A stretch of 64,000 nt of DNA from Lytechinus pictus (Eukaryota): assembly GCF_037042905.1 (NCBI RefSeq), contig NC_087251.1, positions 43,898,001-43,962,000 of the forward strand. The letters run 5' to 3'. The notes beneath the pieces are model-generated. The model made no database searches. It saw only the letters and a program-made list of their open reading frames with translations, and had not been told where the DNA came from. Position 1 is the first letter of the stretch. Each line of letters begins with the position of its first letter. The translations under genes were made by a program, and so were the position numbers. This document shows, piece by piece, positions 62,415 through 64,000 of the stretch.

Positions 62415-62629
62415 GTAAGTTATTCGGGTGAAAGTGCAATGATTGAAGTGTTGGATTTGAAATCAAACTGACATTTATTTTGATTATAATGACTCAAGTT
62501 TAACATTATGTTTGCTAAAACTTCTAAAAGGAATAACAGTGTCTACCACTTGAACTTTGATTATCATAATAATATGAACTAGATTTTAATTCGTCATCAT
62601 CGTCATGCAGACGAATTAGGTGGTCTGTC

Positions 62630-62915
62630 GTAGAAAGATAAATATTGATTAACAGACATAATTATTTAAACAAATGGCATGAATGGGTAGATATTAGATT
62701 GAAAGATAAATAGACAGTCAGATAGACATACATATTTAAACAGATACACATAAGAAAGATAGATAAATAGATGGATGGAGAGATAAATGATAAGTGGATA
62801 GATGAATAATTAAAAGAAAGGTTGATAAATTATATCTTGATATATAGATAGACAGATAGATAGATAATGATTATGATTGATGACAAAAATTACGATGATG
62901 ATGAGGATGATGATA
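62630..62915. repeat. Degenerate (TAGA)n followed by (GAT)n simple repeats
   Basis: gatagatagacagatagatagata ... gatgatgatgaggatgatgat. Confidence 0.75.
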
Positions 62916-64000
62916 ATGTGGCGGTCCTCCGTCTTGGAACGGGTCCTGGATGCTGTAGCCAGGCGGCTTCTTGAGAGTAAAAATTATTTACTAACGTATG
63001 CTTACTCTCAATGAAGCCAGGGAGTCCTTCCTATTCATCTGCGTGTACCGCAAAAAACCCTGAAACTTTCGCCCCCGAGATTTCTACTTCTAAAACATCT
63101 AGCCATAAATCAAGTACATGGGATAAAAACTTAATTTCCGACATTTCTACGCTCTCGGTTTTATTTTTAAACAAGAATTCATTTTAAAAAATGAGAAAAA
63201 TATTGTGAAAAGACGGTTCAAGAGACTTGCCCGATGTTTACGCCGCCATCTTGTTTCCTATTGTACTTCCCCAACGTTACGCGATGCACGCGTCCTTGAA
63301 AATTTACCAATATTCAAGGAGTTAGAGCAAAATTTGCATAAATTTGATGACGTCATTTTTGACAAAATGAAATTTTCAGTTTAGGCGCGATTTTGATGAC
63401 GTCATGATCAAATTGAGGGACAATGGTGACATGTAATAAAATCTACAACTCATACTCTATCGATATGAAAAAAAAATTGGGGGTCAACGGACTATTTAAA
63501 GAGCTAAGTACAGTGAATTTTTAATAGGCATGTTTTGCCCATATAGAGCCTAAGGGAAGAGCTCGCGCGCACGCGTGCTGCAAACTTTGATGGGTGCTCA
63601 TTCCCTCATTAATGATCATAGAGAGCTGATCGAGGTATCAATTTGATCAGAATTATATCAATAACAAAACAGATACGCATAGAAAAAAGAGCAAATTTAT
63701 GCTGCGTAAGACCGTTACGCACGAAAACGCGCACATATGTGCGCACGCGCAAAATGTTGAAATGCTTAAAATGACCTGAAATGTACCCCAAAATTTGTAT
63801 AGGCCATTATGAGAATTTTTTAGCTTTGACACGCGCGTCATGACCTTTACATGACCTTTGATGACATTGACAGACGACCTTTGACCTTAAGTTTATTTGA
63901 TGTAAATATATGATTGATTATCCGTTATGTTGATATGATCAAATTAAGAATTTTACAAAATGGCGCGTAGATGATGTCATCATGACCAGATGACCTTGAA

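Noticed and set aside
61973..62431. 152-aa ORF overlapping the LCLAT1 first exon
   Set aside because: Alternative frame in a GC-rich promoter region with no recognisable motif; the 62244 frame matches LCLAT1
63040..64000. CpG-rich repeat-like sequence running off the window end
   Set aside because: Probably a transposon end, but no partner terminus or ORF is visible, so it cannot be classified

Overview
AT-rich animal genomic DNA with introns and dense transposon content. The repeat families suggest a marine invertebrate such as a sea urchin (inference only). I assembled gene models by hand from GT-AG splice sites and reading phase. (1) An uncharacterised single-exon ORF at 1435-2103 (+), whose start is the last copy of a ~137-bp tandem array; four upstream copies carry intact Arg-rich micro-ORFs. 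(2) A 10-exon D-amino-acid/D-aspartate oxidase family gene on the minus strand (22948 to 8368, 359 aa, ending in the PTS1 signal ARL). (3) A divergently transcribed 14-exon CLPTM1 gene (30979-53649, 626 aa, ending KKED). (4) The first coding exon of LCLAT1 (62244-62414). Between the oxidase gene and CLPTM1 lies a decayed L2/CR1-group LINE, itself interrupted by a hAT-like element with an 8-bp target-site duplication (TSD). CLPTM1 intron 1 holds a nest of inverted-repeat elements and a 3.2-kb foldback-like element with ~1-kb arms. There are many MITEs (hAT-, Harbinger-, Kolobok-, piggyBac- and CACTA-like), tRNA-derived SINEs, Helentron-like elements and simple repeats. No rRNA, true tRNA or CRISPR was seen.
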